From contig JBFXGQ010000001.1 of assembly GCA_050177915.1 (NCBI GenBank), forward strand, positions 1 through 52,868: DNA of 52,868 bases, in the 5' to 3' direction. Below the pieces are notes generated by a model. That model ran no database searches, was not told the origin of the DNA, and saw nothing but the letters and a program-made list of their open reading frames with translations. The stretch comes from Pseudodonghicola sp. (lineage in GTDB: Bacteria; Pseudomonadota; Alphaproteobacteria; Rhodobacterales; Rhodobacteraceae). Made by a program: the position numbers and the translations under genes. This document shows positions 1-9,063 of this stretch, in pieces; the first letter of the stretch is position 1; every line of letters begins with the position of its first letter.

Positions 1-65
1 CCGCAAAACACCTCGGCATAGGCAGATCAACAGCTTACAAGGCGATCAGAAATGCCACACCATAA
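1..65 (+). CDS. Serine resolvase C-terminal HTH (partial, 5' end outside window)
   Basis: Frame 3 reads AKHLGIGRSTAYKAIRNATP-stop (TAA 63-65), matching the resolvase HTH pattern IAxxLGIGRSTVYK. Not in the ORF track because it is truncated. Confidence 0.75.
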   Translation, partial: AKHLGIGRSTAYKAIRNATP

Positions 66-88
66 GTCATGTTCAGGCTTCGTTCTTC

Positions 89-129
89 CTTAGCGTGGTT
101 CTACGAAGAAACCTTCCGATGGGGCCTCC
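89..129 (-). mobile_element. Probable Tn3-family terminal inverted repeat
   Basis: Reverse complement GGAGGCCCCATCGGAAGGTTTCTTCGTAGAACCACGCTAAG ends in ACGCTAAG like Tn21/Tn501-type IRs and lies 23 bp after the resolvase stop. The outer end is not the canonical GGGG. Confidence 0.6.
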
Positions 130-625
130 AATGGGGATCCTTGTTGTCCAGCATGTCACTGAGGAAAAGGATTTCAATTTCGAAATCCCTTTGATGGAGC
201 AGCGGAGCTACGGCTATTTCCATACACCTTCAACCAAACCCATAATTTGGTCGGGGCAATTCGGTACATATAGCGTTGGTCAGCATCATCTTCTTGAACG
301 GGAGACGGCCGTTTCTGTCGATCTGGTGGTAGCACATCTGAAATTCGTTGATTCAAAAGAATTCATGAATCGACAGAAGGTAAGAAATAATCTGGAATTC
401 AGTTACGATCACGATCCGAGGCATGGAGCCCACTGGAGGAGAGAGGCCCGGGATGACCATTCCCTCCGTATGTTTAATGATTTGGCGCATAGTGAGGCGC
501 TGCTGTGTTTTTCGGACGGGGTCGATAAGTTCCTGAGCGAAGGGTGCGAATACAGGGACGGGAAGTATTTCCGGGCAGATGGAAACCAGGAAATCGGTCC
601 GGTAAAACTGGAGCTTTATTGCTGA
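130..625 (+). pseudogene. C-terminal remnant of a GT2-like glycosyltransferase truncated by the transposon end
   Basis: Segments QHVTEE..PLMEQR..KPIIWS..GQH..VAHLKFVD resemble the C-terminal half of GT2-like proteins. No N-terminal DxD region; the ORF-track start at 95 lies inside the IR; lower GC than the flank. Confidence 0.5.
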
Positions 626-840
626 TCTGATCCTTGCGCGCATATAGGGGGCAAGCGAGGCCACGGTTTGGGCCCGGGGCTGCAGGTAAGGGGAGCGCGC
701 GCCGACGTTCAGGGGCCGCAGCCGAACGTTGCCGAAAGATCAGCCGTTCCGTCGGGGTGGTGCGCGTCTGCCGAGGTAGACAGATTGGCGGCTTAACCTG
801 AGCAGATTCCGCTGGGTCGATACAGCGGCGCCGAAGCGAA

Positions 841-871
841 AGGGCCCGGGCGGGAAAGCCGCCCGGGCCCT
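841..871 (-). terminator. GC-rich hairpin, likely terminator of 881-1663
   Basis: AGGGCCCGGGCGG-gaaag-CCGCCCGGGCCCT, a 13-bp perfect stem 9 bp past the stop codon; short U-run on the minus strand. Confidence 0.65.
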
Positions 872-880
872 GCGACCGGC

Positions 881-1663
881 TCAGCGCGGCGCGATGGTCA
901 CCAGCGGAGTTTGGGCGAGCGAGACGAACAGCCGCCGCCCGTCGGTGCTCGACAGCACGGTGGTGCAGTCATCGCCGTCACGCCCGACATTGGCCAGAAC
1001 GGTGTCGCCATCCTCGACATTGCCGAAATACCAGCAATCCCGCCGGCTGTTCAGCCGCGTCGGCGCGGCGCGGTTCTGCCGCCATTCCGCCGCCTTGGAA
1101 ATGCGGATGAAGTTCTTGAAATACATGAAGTCGGCGGTGTTGAAGTCCTGAATGCGGTTGACCTCGTATTCCATCGCCAGCTCGCCCTCGGTGACCAGGC
1201 TCTTGGTGGCGTGATGGCGGTCGAGCTCGGCATCGACGAGCTCGCCGTTGAAGTCCTCGGCGGCCCAGATGTCGCGCACCTTGGCGAATTTCTTGTTCGA
1301 CCCGCGCACCTTGCGCTTGATGAAGCTCGACAGGATCCGGATCTCGGCCTTGCTCTTGCCGTCCACGGTGAAGCGGGTGGAGGAGAGTGCATGCGGCTTG
1401 CGGATCGAGAGGAATTGGGTCTCCGCCGCGAAGGCGTCATCCTCGCGGATGGTGTCCTCGAGGTCGAACTCGGTGGACAGGTACATGACCGCGCCATACA
1501 TGCGGTCGCCCTGGGAATCGAGCCAGTCCGAGGGCTTCAGCCCCATGCTCTGGGCCAGGATGATCCAGTGGTTTTCCAGCGCCGTGGCCAGTGCCCAGTC
1601 CTCGGAAAGCGTGTGGATGTCCAGCTGCGGCAGGCCGGCGGTGAAATGGCTGGTATATTGCAT
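881..1663 (-). CDS. LnmK/Pnap_2097-family double hot-dog biosynthetic protein (putative acyl-CoA decarboxylase/acyltransferase or thioesterase-like)
   Basis: 260 aa. N-terminal GLPQL..LSEDW..HW and C-terminal DFNTADFMYFKNF match the recalled family motifs GMPQL..LSENW and DFNGAGLLYF. Confidence 0.7.
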   Translation of the reverse strand: MQYTSHFTAGLPQLDIHTLSEDWALATALENHWIILAQSMGLKPSDWLDSQGDRMYGAVMYLSTEFDLEDTIREDDAFAAETQFLSIRKPHALSSTRFTVDGKSKAEIRILSSFIKRKVRGSNKKFAKVRDIWAAEDFNGELVDAELDRHHATKSLVTEGELAMEYEVNRIQDFNTADFMYFKNFIRISKAAEWRQNRAAPTRLNSRRDCWYFGNVEDGDTVLANVGRDGDDCTTVLSSTDGRRLFVSLAQTPLVTIAPR

Positions 1664-1677
1664 ATGTTATTTTCCCG

Positions 1678-2994
1678 TTATCTGAAAAAGGGCCAGATTC
1701 CGCCATCGGGCGCCATATCCTCGGGCGGCCCCAGCAAAATGTCCTGCAGCCGGTCGAGGAAGAACCGGGTGAAGGTTGCGTCGAAGGTCTCGATGCTGTC
1801 GAAATCGCGAGGGTCGGGGCCGGGGACGAGATCGAAGCGAAACGCGTGACCATCCCAATGGCTCGTGCTGAAGAAGGTGGCTGCGCGTCCCAGATAGGCG
1901 AGCACGGCGGCGCCGCGGCCGATCCGCACCTGCCGGCCCAGCAGGGGCGCTTCGACGGTCTGGCCATGCGGGCCATCCGGAAAGATGCGAACGATCCTGG
2001 GCTGTTTTCGCATCAATTTCGTCAGTTTGGCGAAGTCGGTGGCGATCGTGGGACTGATGGTGGAGACGTGAAAGTCATTCGGGCGCCCCAGTGGCGCTCC
2101 CTTGGTGGTGACGAGGGACAGGGGAGCCGACAACTGCCGCAAGCCCAGATCGGAAAGAATGGTCAGGCCGGCATGCGGGTGGCTGAGGACGGCGCTGCGT
2201 CCAGATGCGATCCCCTGCGTCACCGATTCCAGATCCGGGGGGATGAAGAGGGAATGTACCTTAGCATTCAGGGCAAGGATTGTCCGATGTCGCGCGGTGT
2301 GCTGAGCGGCTGGGATTGAGGTGGTGACCTCCGCTGCGGCCAGGCGCAGCTGCCTCAGGCACCTATGCCATTGCATCCCCCAGCATAGGCGGCGCGTGAA
2401 CTCCTCCCGCTCCGCCTCAGGTACGTTGTTGAGATCGGCGAGGGGGGAGGCCAGCCTATCGATCTGGGGAAAGCCGCTGTCCGCCTTGATGGCGCCGACG
2501 GGATCCTGCAGGGCGGCATCGAGATCGCCCCAGTAATCCTCGAGATAGGCGGCTCGGGCCGGAAGCTCCCGCTCGGCGTTCCAGCGTCTGAGCGTGTCGT
2601 GGACCAGCTTCCTGACCGGAGATCCGGCTGCGGCCGCGGACAGCAGGCGATCGGCCTCGGCGATCGTGGCGCTGCGATCACCCTGGCGCCACAGGGCGAG
2701 CAGCCGGATATGGGCGAGCGGCGCGCCATCGGTGAATTCGGGCGCCGCGGCCTGCGTCCAGTACACCGCCGCTGTCAGATGCGCGGGATCCGCGAGCAAT
2801 CTGCGCCCGGCCTCGGCGATGATCCGCAGGCGGTCCTGGGGCGACGGCTCCCGGTCCAGCGCTTCGGCCTCCGCCATGGCGCTGTCGAAGGCCTGGCGGA
2901 TGACGGCCTCGTCGACGCCGTCCGGCGTTTTGAACAGCACTTCGGGGTCGGTCAGATTGAGACGGGTCAGGGAGGCGGGCAGCGGGACTTGCAT
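1678..2994 (-). CDS. Helical N-domain plus C-terminal LPLAT/LpxL-like acyltransferase-like domain
   Basis: Start moved to ATG 2994 (MQVPLP, 438 aa) because the longer ORF overlaps the ACP. C-terminus has HPHAG, IFPDG and LLGRQVRIGRGAAVLAY, resembling lipid A acyltransferase blocks. The HxxxxD/E motif is not clean. Confidence 0.5.
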   Translation of the reverse strand: MQVPLPASLTRLNLTDPEVLFKTPDGVDEAVIRQAFDSAMAEAEALDREPSPQDRLRIIAEAGRRLLADPAHLTAAVYWTQAAAPEFTDGAPLAHIRLLALWRQGDRSATIAEADRLLSAAAAGSPVRKLVHDTLRRWNAERELPARAAYLEDYWGDLDAALQDPVGAIKADSGFPQIDRLASPLADLNNVPEAEREEFTRRLCWGMQWHRCLRQLRLAAAEVTTSIPAAQHTARHRTILALNAKVHSLFIPPDLESVTQGIASGRSAVLSHPHAGLTILSDLGLRQLSAPLSLVTTKGAPLGRPNDFHVSTISPTIATDFAKLTKLMRKQPRIVRIFPDGPHGQTVEAPLLGRQVRIGRGAAVLAYLGRAATFFSTSHWDGHAFRFDLVPGPDPRDFDSIETFDATFTRFFLDRLQDILLGPPEDMAPDGGIWPFFR

Positions 2995-3045
2995 TCGGGG
3001 AAGCGGGCTCTGATAAGGGATCAAACTAAGGTTGGAGTTCAGGCT

Positions 3046-3273
3046 ATGATTGAGTGGGGAATTTTTTCTGATCTTCTTCGCAAATATGCGAAAGTTCAAG
3101 AGATTGACAGGGATGACATCCTGTTCGGCAGCGGCATCGACATCAGTTCGATCGGCTTCACCGAGTTCATCATGGAGCTCGAGGAAGAATGCGATCTCGA
3201 CATCGACATCGATGATCTGGACGCCTCGATCCAGACGGTCGGACAGCTTTATGACCGCCTGAACGCGGCCTGA
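3046..3273 (+). CDS. Acyl carrier protein
   Basis: 75 aa, very acidic, with GIDISSIGFTEFIMELEEECDLDI..TVGQL ACP pattern; GGAG RBS at 3034-3037. Confidence 0.85.
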   Translation: MIEWGIFSDLLRKYAKVQEIDRDDILFGSGIDISSIGFTEFIMELEEECDLDIDIDDLDASIQTVGQLYDRLNAA

Positions 3274-3391
3274 GGCCGCTCCCGGGCTTCCTCCGCTGCG
3301 GGGGAGACCCGGGGGAGCCGGGCGCCCTTGCCGGCGCCGGCGGCCCGGGAGAAGCCGGGAACGGGACCTTTTGCCGCGCGCCGGGGCGTGC

Positions 3392-4129
3392 TCAATGTTT
3401 GAGCGATTTGGAGAGAATTTTCTCGATCCGCTCCGGGTCCGGGACCTCTCCGAGAAAATCGAAGATTTCCGCGACATAGGGCAGCCCCTCGGCATAGCGC
3501 TCGTAGCGGATGGTGTAGCAGCACTCCGGATGGGCGCGGGAGAACTCCGCGAACAGCGCCTCGGCGCGGGTCAGCGTGTCGCGCACGCGCGGCTCCGGCA
3601 TCTCGCGCCACCAGCCGGATTTCGCCACCGCCGCGTGATCGCGGGTCTGGAACAGGAAGCGGCTGTTGGGAAAGGCCCGCCGCAGGGTGTCCAGATGGGC
3701 GTCGAAGAACGCCGGATGCTCGTGAAAGCGGATCTCCTTGAAGCCGCAGACCCGGCAGCCCGGGTCCGGGCGCAGGACATGCCGGACGAACAGGTCCATG
3801 AGCGCCAGCTCCATCTCGTCGGGCGCGACGTTTTCCGCCCCGTACCAGGGATCGGCCGGGGTGCCGAGGATGTCGCGCAGGAAGTATCGCCGTTCGGCCT
3901 CGGGGCGCAGGAGATCCTCGCGGCGCCAGACGTAATTGTCGTCGGTGCGGACGCGGTGGGCCGCCTGGGACAGGAAATAGGTCAGGTCGCCGTTCTCGCC
4001 GCGGATGCAGTAGCCGGGGATGGAATTGAGCAGACCATGGGTCAGGGTGGAGCCCGAGCGCCCGTAGGTGACGACGAAGACATAGCCGTCGGCGGGCGCG
4101 AAGAGGGCAGGGTAGAGGGTCGGATCCAT
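3392..4129 (-). CDS. PAPS-dependent sulfotransferase
   Basis: Start ATG 4129 (MDPTLY, 245 aa) with upstream GGAGG; 5'-PSB motif TYGRSGST, GFKEIR, and 3'-PB RDHAAVAKS. Confidence 0.85.
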   Translation of the reverse strand: MDPTLYPALFAPADGYVFVVTYGRSGSTLTHGLLNSIPGYCIRGENGDLTYFLSQAAHRVRTDDNYVWRREDLLRPEAERRYFLRDILGTPADPWYGAENVAPDEMELALMDLFVRHVLRPDPGCRVCGFKEIRFHEHPAFFDAHLDTLRRAFPNSRFLFQTRDHAAVAKSGWWREMPEPRVRDTLTRAEALFAEFSRAHPECCYTIRYERYAEGLPYVAEIFDFLGEVPDPERIEKILSKSLKH

Positions 4130-4176
4130 GGCGGTTCCTCCTGTCTCGGGGGACGTGCGAGGCGGGCGGGCCCGCC

Positions 4177-6873
4177 TCAGGTCCTGCGCGGGCGCGTGGC
4201 GCGGGTGTCGCGGATCAGCGCGTCCAGGGCGTCGACACTGCGGCTCCATTGCAGGTCGCGGGCACGGTGCAGGGCGCGCAGCGACATCTGCTTGATCTGC
4301 TGCCTGTCGCGGGCCAGATCGCGGATCTGCGCCGCGGCCGCCTGTTCGAACCCTTCCTCGGCCAGCAGGATGCCGGTGCGGCCGTGCTCGACGATCTCGC
4401 TGACGGCGCCGACATCCGTCGCGATCACCGGCACGCCGTTGGACATCGCGTCGGTGATGACCAGCGGCAGGCCTTCGTAGCGCGAGGGGTGGATGAGCAG
4501 ATCGGCCCATTCGAACACCTCCCGCAGCGCGGCGCTGTCGTAGAGCGGCGGCTCGACCTCGATCCCAAGTGCGTCGAGCGGCGTCTGCGCGCTATGCCGG
4601 ACGACGGATTTGCCGATGATGCGCCAGTCCGGCGCGAGATCGCGGGTGTCCCGGATCAGCGCGGCCAGACGGTCCAGCCCCTTCTGATACTCCAGCCGGC
4701 CCAGGAACAGCAGGCGCAGCGGGCGGGTGGCCTCCTGCTCGGGGTTGCGGGCGCGCAGCCGCCGCTCGGCGCGGTCCAGATCGGTCTCGCAGGTCAGGAT
4801 GCCCGGGCCGTTGCGCAGCGGCAGCAGCTTTTCGCGCGGCATGCCCTGCCGGTGCAGCCAGTCGGCCAGCTGCTGCGAACAGGTCAGCGTGGTGGCATAG
4901 GCGTGCTCGAAGGCCAGCCCCTGGATCGGGTGGCCCACCGGCTGGCCCGCGGGGGTGAACTCCAGCACATGCTGATGGTCGAGGCAGAGCGTTCCGGCGC
5001 GTTTCAGATGGCCCGCGATCGTGTGGAAGTGCGAGCTGTGGCAGTTGATGGCGACATCCATCCCCTCGAACAGGCCGGCGAGCTTGCGGGCCTCCTGCGG
5101 GTCGGGGTCCGAGATCAGGAAGGTGCCCAGATAGGGGCCGCGGCGCGGCCCGGGCAGCCGGTCGGAATTGTACCAGCTGATGCTGCCGAAGGCGGCGCGG
5201 AATTCCTGCGGGATCCGCAGCTCGCCGCGCCCGATGCAGACCAGATGCGTCTGGTAGCCGCGGGCCTTCAGATCGAGCGCCACCTGATAGGCGACCCGTT
5301 CGACGCCGCCGAAATCGGCCAGCGGGACGACGAAGGCGACATTGGGTCCGGCGGTTCCCGCCGGCGGGCGGGGATGGGCGATCGGGGGCGTGCCGGCGCG
5401 CTCGCCGTCGAAGCTGCGCACCCGGCCCTTGCGGTTCAGGGCGCCGTTATGCACCGCCGCCCAGAGCAGCGCCTCGCCGCTGTTGTAATCCGGATCGCAG
5501 AGCTTCCAGCCCAGCGACATGGCCAGCAGCAGGGAATCCTCGGTGCCGCGGGGGACCGGCGCCCCCGGCCGGCCGAGCTGGAGGGCGCGCACCGAATGCT
5601 GCAGCGGCAGCTCGGAGCTGCTGTCGCCCTCGCGCAGCGCGAGCGAGCCGGGCTTGCGGCTGATCTCGGTCATCAGTTCCGCCGTGACCATCGTCATGGC
5701 GAGCGGCGGCAGCTCCGTCTCCGGCGTCAGCAGGGTGGCGTCGCCGAAGGTCAGCCAGCCGTCCGCCTGGGTCTCGAGCTGCAGCGAGGTGATGCCGGTC
5801 TCGCCGGTCAGGCGCTGTTCCAGGTCCCAGATCGCCCAGGGCAGCAACCCTTCGGCGGCGAGCAGATCCAGCGTCTGCTGCGCGGCGAAGATCAGCTTGC
5901 CGGGAAAGCCGTAGGCGCCCCGCTTCGCCCGCCACCGGTGGAAATCCTCGGCCAGCTGGTCGAGCGGGATGCGGGCGACATCCGCGCGCGCCTCGTTCAG
6001 ATAGCAGGCGCCGTCCGGCGTCACCACGGCGAAGCGCGCCTCGGGGTCCTGCGGCCCCGGGCGGGTCGGGTCCGGCGGGGCGTCGAGCCAGGGGTGCTTG
6101 GCGACCATATAGGCGCGGATCTCCTGATCGGCGCGCAGGGAATCCCGCACCATGCTTTCGGGCCGGAGCCGGTAGCGATAGTCGATGCTGGGCAGATGCC
6201 GGCCATTGGTGAAGCCCGCGTCGATCGCCGAGAACCAGAATTCCCAGTCCTCGTAGCCCTTCTTCATCTTCTCGTCGTAGCGCACGCCGGCCTCGAAGAC
6301 GCGGCGGCGGATCAGGCTGCCGGCCTCGCAGAGGTTCAGCTCCGCATGCAGGGCGATGTTGTAGCGGCCCTGCATGCTGCACATGTTCTGCAGCCCCATC
6401 ATCCTGATGTCGGGATAGAACCAGTCGGCATCCGGATCGCGGTCGAGGGCGTCGAGCATGTTGCGGACGGACCGCGGCGACAGCCGGTTGTCGGCATCGA
6501 GGAAATAGAGCGCCTCCAGCTCCGGCCAGCTGGCCAGAGCGGTTTCGATGCCGGTGTTGCGGGCGCCGCTCAGGCCCTGGTTGACCTGGCGGACATAGAC
6601 CAGCGGCGTGTCGGTGGCGGCGGCCGCCGCGGCCAGGCCGGCCTGGTGGCTGGAGGGATAGGGGCAGCCGTCATTGACCAGGACGATGCCATAGCGGGTC
6701 TCGCCGTCCTGATCCAGCGCGGTGGCCAGGGCCTCCCAGATCAGGCCGGAATGCTTGAACAGCGGGATGATGATGGCGATGCGCCGGGGCACGGGGGCGG
6801 GCACGGGGGCGGGGGCCGTCGCGGGGGCCGCAGTCGGGGCCGGGGCGCCGGCGGGGACGAGGGGGGCGGTCAT
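4177..6873 (-). CDS. Bifunctional GT2 + GT4 glycosyltransferase
   Basis: Start ATG 6873 overlaps the upstream stop (ATGA). GT2 motifs IIIP, VNDG, NQGLSGARNTG, FLDAD; GT4 motifs GGVER, LGRLEYQKG, PSRYEGLP..DA. Confidence 0.9.
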   Translation of the reverse strand: MTAPLVPAGAPAPTAAPATAPAPVPAPVPRRIAIIIPLFKHSGLIWEALATALDQDGETRYGIVLVNDGCPYPSSHQAGLAAAAAATDTPLVYVRQVNQGLSGARNTGIETALASWPELEALYFLDADNRLSPRSVRNMLDALDRDPDADWFYPDIRMMGLQNMCSMQGRYNIALHAELNLCEAGSLIRRRVFEAGVRYDEKMKKGYEDWEFWFSAIDAGFTNGRHLPSIDYRYRLRPESMVRDSLRADQEIRAYMVAKHPWLDAPPDPTRPGPQDPEARFAVVTPDGACYLNEARADVARIPLDQLAEDFHRWRAKRGAYGFPGKLIFAAQQTLDLLAAEGLLPWAIWDLEQRLTGETGITSLQLETQADGWLTFGDATLLTPETELPPLAMTMVTAELMTEISRKPGSLALREGDSSSELPLQHSVRALQLGRPGAPVPRGTEDSLLLAMSLGWKLCDPDYNSGEALLWAAVHNGALNRKGRVRSFDGERAGTPPIAHPRPPAGTAGPNVAFVVPLADFGGVERVAYQVALDLKARGYQTHLVCIGRGELRIPQEFRAAFGSISWYNSDRLPGPRRGPYLGTFLISDPDPQEARKLAGLFEGMDVAINCHSSHFHTIAGHLKRAGTLCLDHQHVLEFTPAGQPVGHPIQGLAFEHAYATTLTCSQQLADWLHRQGMPREKLLPLRNGPGILTCETDLDRAERRLRARNPEQEATRPLRLLFLGRLEYQKGLDRLAALIRDTRDLAPDWRIIGKSVVRHSAQTPLDALGIEVEPPLYDSAALREVFEWADLLIHPSRYEGLPLVITDAMSNGVPVIATDVGAVSEIVEHGRTGILLAEEGFEQAAAAQIRDLARDRQQIKQMSLRALHRARDLQWSRSVDALDALIRDTRATRPRRT

Positions 6874-8285
6874 GCGACGGTTATTCTCGCCACGGCGGCC
6901 CAGGCCCAGGCGGGGGATTTGTCCTCGGCCATGCGGGTGGCCACCACGATCCGCTTCAGCCCGTCGGCGGGGAGGGCCGGGCTGTGGCGGACCTCGACCC
7001 ATTCCAGCGGCGCGACACGGTGCCAGTCGCCGAGATAGGGCAGCAGCGCGTCATCGGCGGCGCTGGCCGGGGCGACGCCGATGGCGACCTCGACCGGGTT
7101 GCAGTCGCGGTAGGCCAGATGGAACAGGCCGGTGATGCTGCGGATCTCGCCCGCCTCCAGCCCGTCGACGACGGCGGTGACCGGGGCGCCGGCGACGGGA
7201 TGCACGACGACCAGCCCCTCGTGTTCCTTGATCGAGACGATGGCTTGTGGCGCCGAGTCCGGTTTCGGGCCGACAAAGCGCAGGCTGGCCAGCTGGCCCC
7301 AGGACAGCTCGCCGCGCAGGATGCGTCCCTCGCCGGCCTCGGGCGCGTCGAGCCCGTCGCTCCCGTCCAGCGTCAGCCCGGGGTGGGTGAGCTCGCCGGG
7401 GATCGCCTTCCACAGCCGCATCGCCAGCGGCGAGGGGAGCTCCTGGCCGTCGGCCAGCACCCGCGCCTCCGGCAGCGGGACCCGCCGGCCCAGCGACAGG
7501 GTCGGCGCCTGGGCGCTGTCGCCGCTCCAGTGCAGCCGGAAGTCGGCGAAGGCGGAATCCTCGGTCAGCGCGCGCGGAAAGCGGAAGGTGTTCCAGCCGG
7601 GCTGCAGCGCCGCGGCCTCCAGCGCGACGACATGGCGGATGTCGCTGTGCCGGATCTCCAGCGTCAGGACGAGGCTGCCGGCGGCGGTCTTCTCGGGGCA
7701 GCTCTGGAGGTGGAGCTGGACCTCGGCCATCCCCGCGGGCTGGCAGGGCAGCATCTGGCTGAGCGCCCGCGCCTGCGGCGGGCAGCGCAGCGCCGCCGCG
7801 GTCGGCGCGATGGCGCCGGCCAGCACGCGGGTCGGCGCCCGCATGGCGCCGTGGTGCCGCACCAGGGCCTCGTAGCGTTCGAGCAGCGCCTGATAGTCGA
7901 TCCGCAGCCGCGCCTGGTCCAGTTCGGCCGCGCCCTGGCCGGCGAACGCGGCCCGGGCCAGCCCCAGGCTGCGCTGCCGCAGCCAGATGTCGAAGGCGCG
8001 CTCCGCGTCCTGCGGCGGCAGGACCCAGATGTCGGCCTCGGCCTCGGTCTCGCGGTCGAATTCCGTCAGCGCCCGGGCCAGCGCCGGGCGGTGTTCCGGC
8101 TTGGCGCAGATCCCCCCCAGGCAATATTGGCCGGGCGCGTATCGGGTCGCGCGGTTGGCGGTGCTCACCCCCTGGCCGGCCAGGGGAACGACCCGCAACT
8201 CTCCGCCCGCACCGGTGACGACCGGATCGAGCAGATCCTTCTCATGGCCAAGGCAATACAGGAAGAAGGAGCCGGGTTCGTGCAA
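6870..8285 (-). CDS. Glycan-locus accessory protein (DUF6212-like; coiled coil plus beta-rich domains)
   Basis: 471 aa, TTG start with AGAGG RBS, translationally coupled to the GT. DUF assignment is from memory only. Confidence 0.6.
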   Translation of the reverse strand: MHEPGSFFLYCLGHEKDLLDPVVTGAGGELRVVPLAGQGVSTANRATRYAPGQYCLGGICAKPEHRPALARALTEFDRETEAEADIWVLPPQDAERAFDIWLRQRSLGLARAAFAGQGAAELDQARLRIDYQALLERYEALVRHHGAMRAPTRVLAGAIAPTAAALRCPPQARALSQMLPCQPAGMAEVQLHLQSCPEKTAAGSLVLTLEIRHSDIRHVVALEAAALQPGWNTFRFPRALTEDSAFADFRLHWSGDSAQAPTLSLGRRVPLPEARVLADGQELPSPLAMRLWKAIPGELTHPGLTLDGSDGLDAPEAGEGRILRGELSWGQLASLRFVGPKPDSAPQAIVSIKEHEGLVVVHPVAGAPVTAVVDGLEAGEIRSITGLFHLAYRDCNPVEVAIGVAPASAADDALLPYLGDWHRVAPLEWVEVRHSPALPADGLKRIVVATRMAEDKSPAWAWAAVARITVA

Positions 8286-8523
8286 GGGAGCACCTCTTGA
8301 AAATCAGTTTGCTGCAAGGGCGGGCTGATCGCCATGTTCTTGAAATACATCGGATCAACCCGGGTGCCTTCGCGCCGTGCCGTGTGGGGTGATTAAAGCA
8401 GATACGGGTTCAGTTCAACTCTGGGCCGATGCGCCGCCCGGCCCCCGCCCGGGGCCCGCCGGCGTCTTGACATCCAGGGCCGGGCAGGCTTTCGAAGGGG
8501 GGCTGCGGGAGAAAGGAAAGCCC

Positions 8524-9042
8524 ATGTTGCGCGATGCCATGCTCGTCCCCGGGATTGAGAACAGAATCGACTTTTCCGGCCCACATGGCTTCGTGCGGCT
8601 GCTGAACGCCGATGCGAGCCATTTCCTGCTGAACATGCGGTTTTCGGCGCCCGAGGGGCGATTGTTCCTGAACACCCAGGCCGACGGGGTCTGGGGCGCG
8701 CCGCGGGAATTGCCGCTGGCCGAGGGGTCGGAGCAGGCGACGGTGTTCTTCCGGCTGACCGACGTGCTGGAGATCCGCAACGCCGAGCACAGCCTGCGGT
8801 TCGAGCGGTTCGATGCCGAGACCGGCCGCCAGGTCCGCTACAGCGTCTTCAAGAACGCGGGCAACCCGGGCGAGACGCTGAAGCTCTCGGTGCCGCGGCC
8901 CGAGGAGATGGCGGCGCAGATCGCCTCGCAGGTCGCCCTGCGGCGGCTCGACATGCTGGAACGGCAGCTGCAGGGCCAGAGGCCGGGTCAGGCGCAGGCG
9001 CCGAACCGGGACGGGGCCGGCATCGCCCCGGCCGAGAGCTGA
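8524..9042 (+). CDS. Hypothetical protein with degenerate galectin-like motif
   Basis: Start ATG 8524 after AAAGGAAAG (172 aa); contains LLNMRF..LFLNT..GVWG..RE and a C-terminal coiled coil. Confidence 0.6.
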   Translation: MLRDAMLVPGIENRIDFSGPHGFVRLLNADASHFLLNMRFSAPEGRLFLNTQADGVWGAPRELPLAEGSEQATVFFRLTDVLEIRNAEHSLRFERFDAETGRQVRYSVFKNAGNPGETLKLSVPRPEEMAAQIASQVALRRLDMLERQLQGQRPGQAQAPNRDGAGIAPAES

Positions 9043-9063
9043 GCGCACAGAGGGCAGAGTGAC

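Noticed and set aside
640-840. Possible integron attC site (GCTTAAC near 791)
   Set aside because: No matching downstream GTTRRRY core or paired L boxes found.
2995-3495. N-terminal 167 aa of the 605-aa ORF
   Set aside because: Overlaps the ACP and the sulfotransferase end and is Arg/Ser-rich nonsense; the real start is taken as 2994.
6781-6873. G-rich repeats
   Set aside because: Explained by the Pro/Ala low-complexity N-terminus of the GT on the minus strand.
4249-7038. 929-aa plus-strand ORF
   Set aside because: Antisense shadow of the GT2-GT4 gene; no motifs; expected in high-GC DNA.
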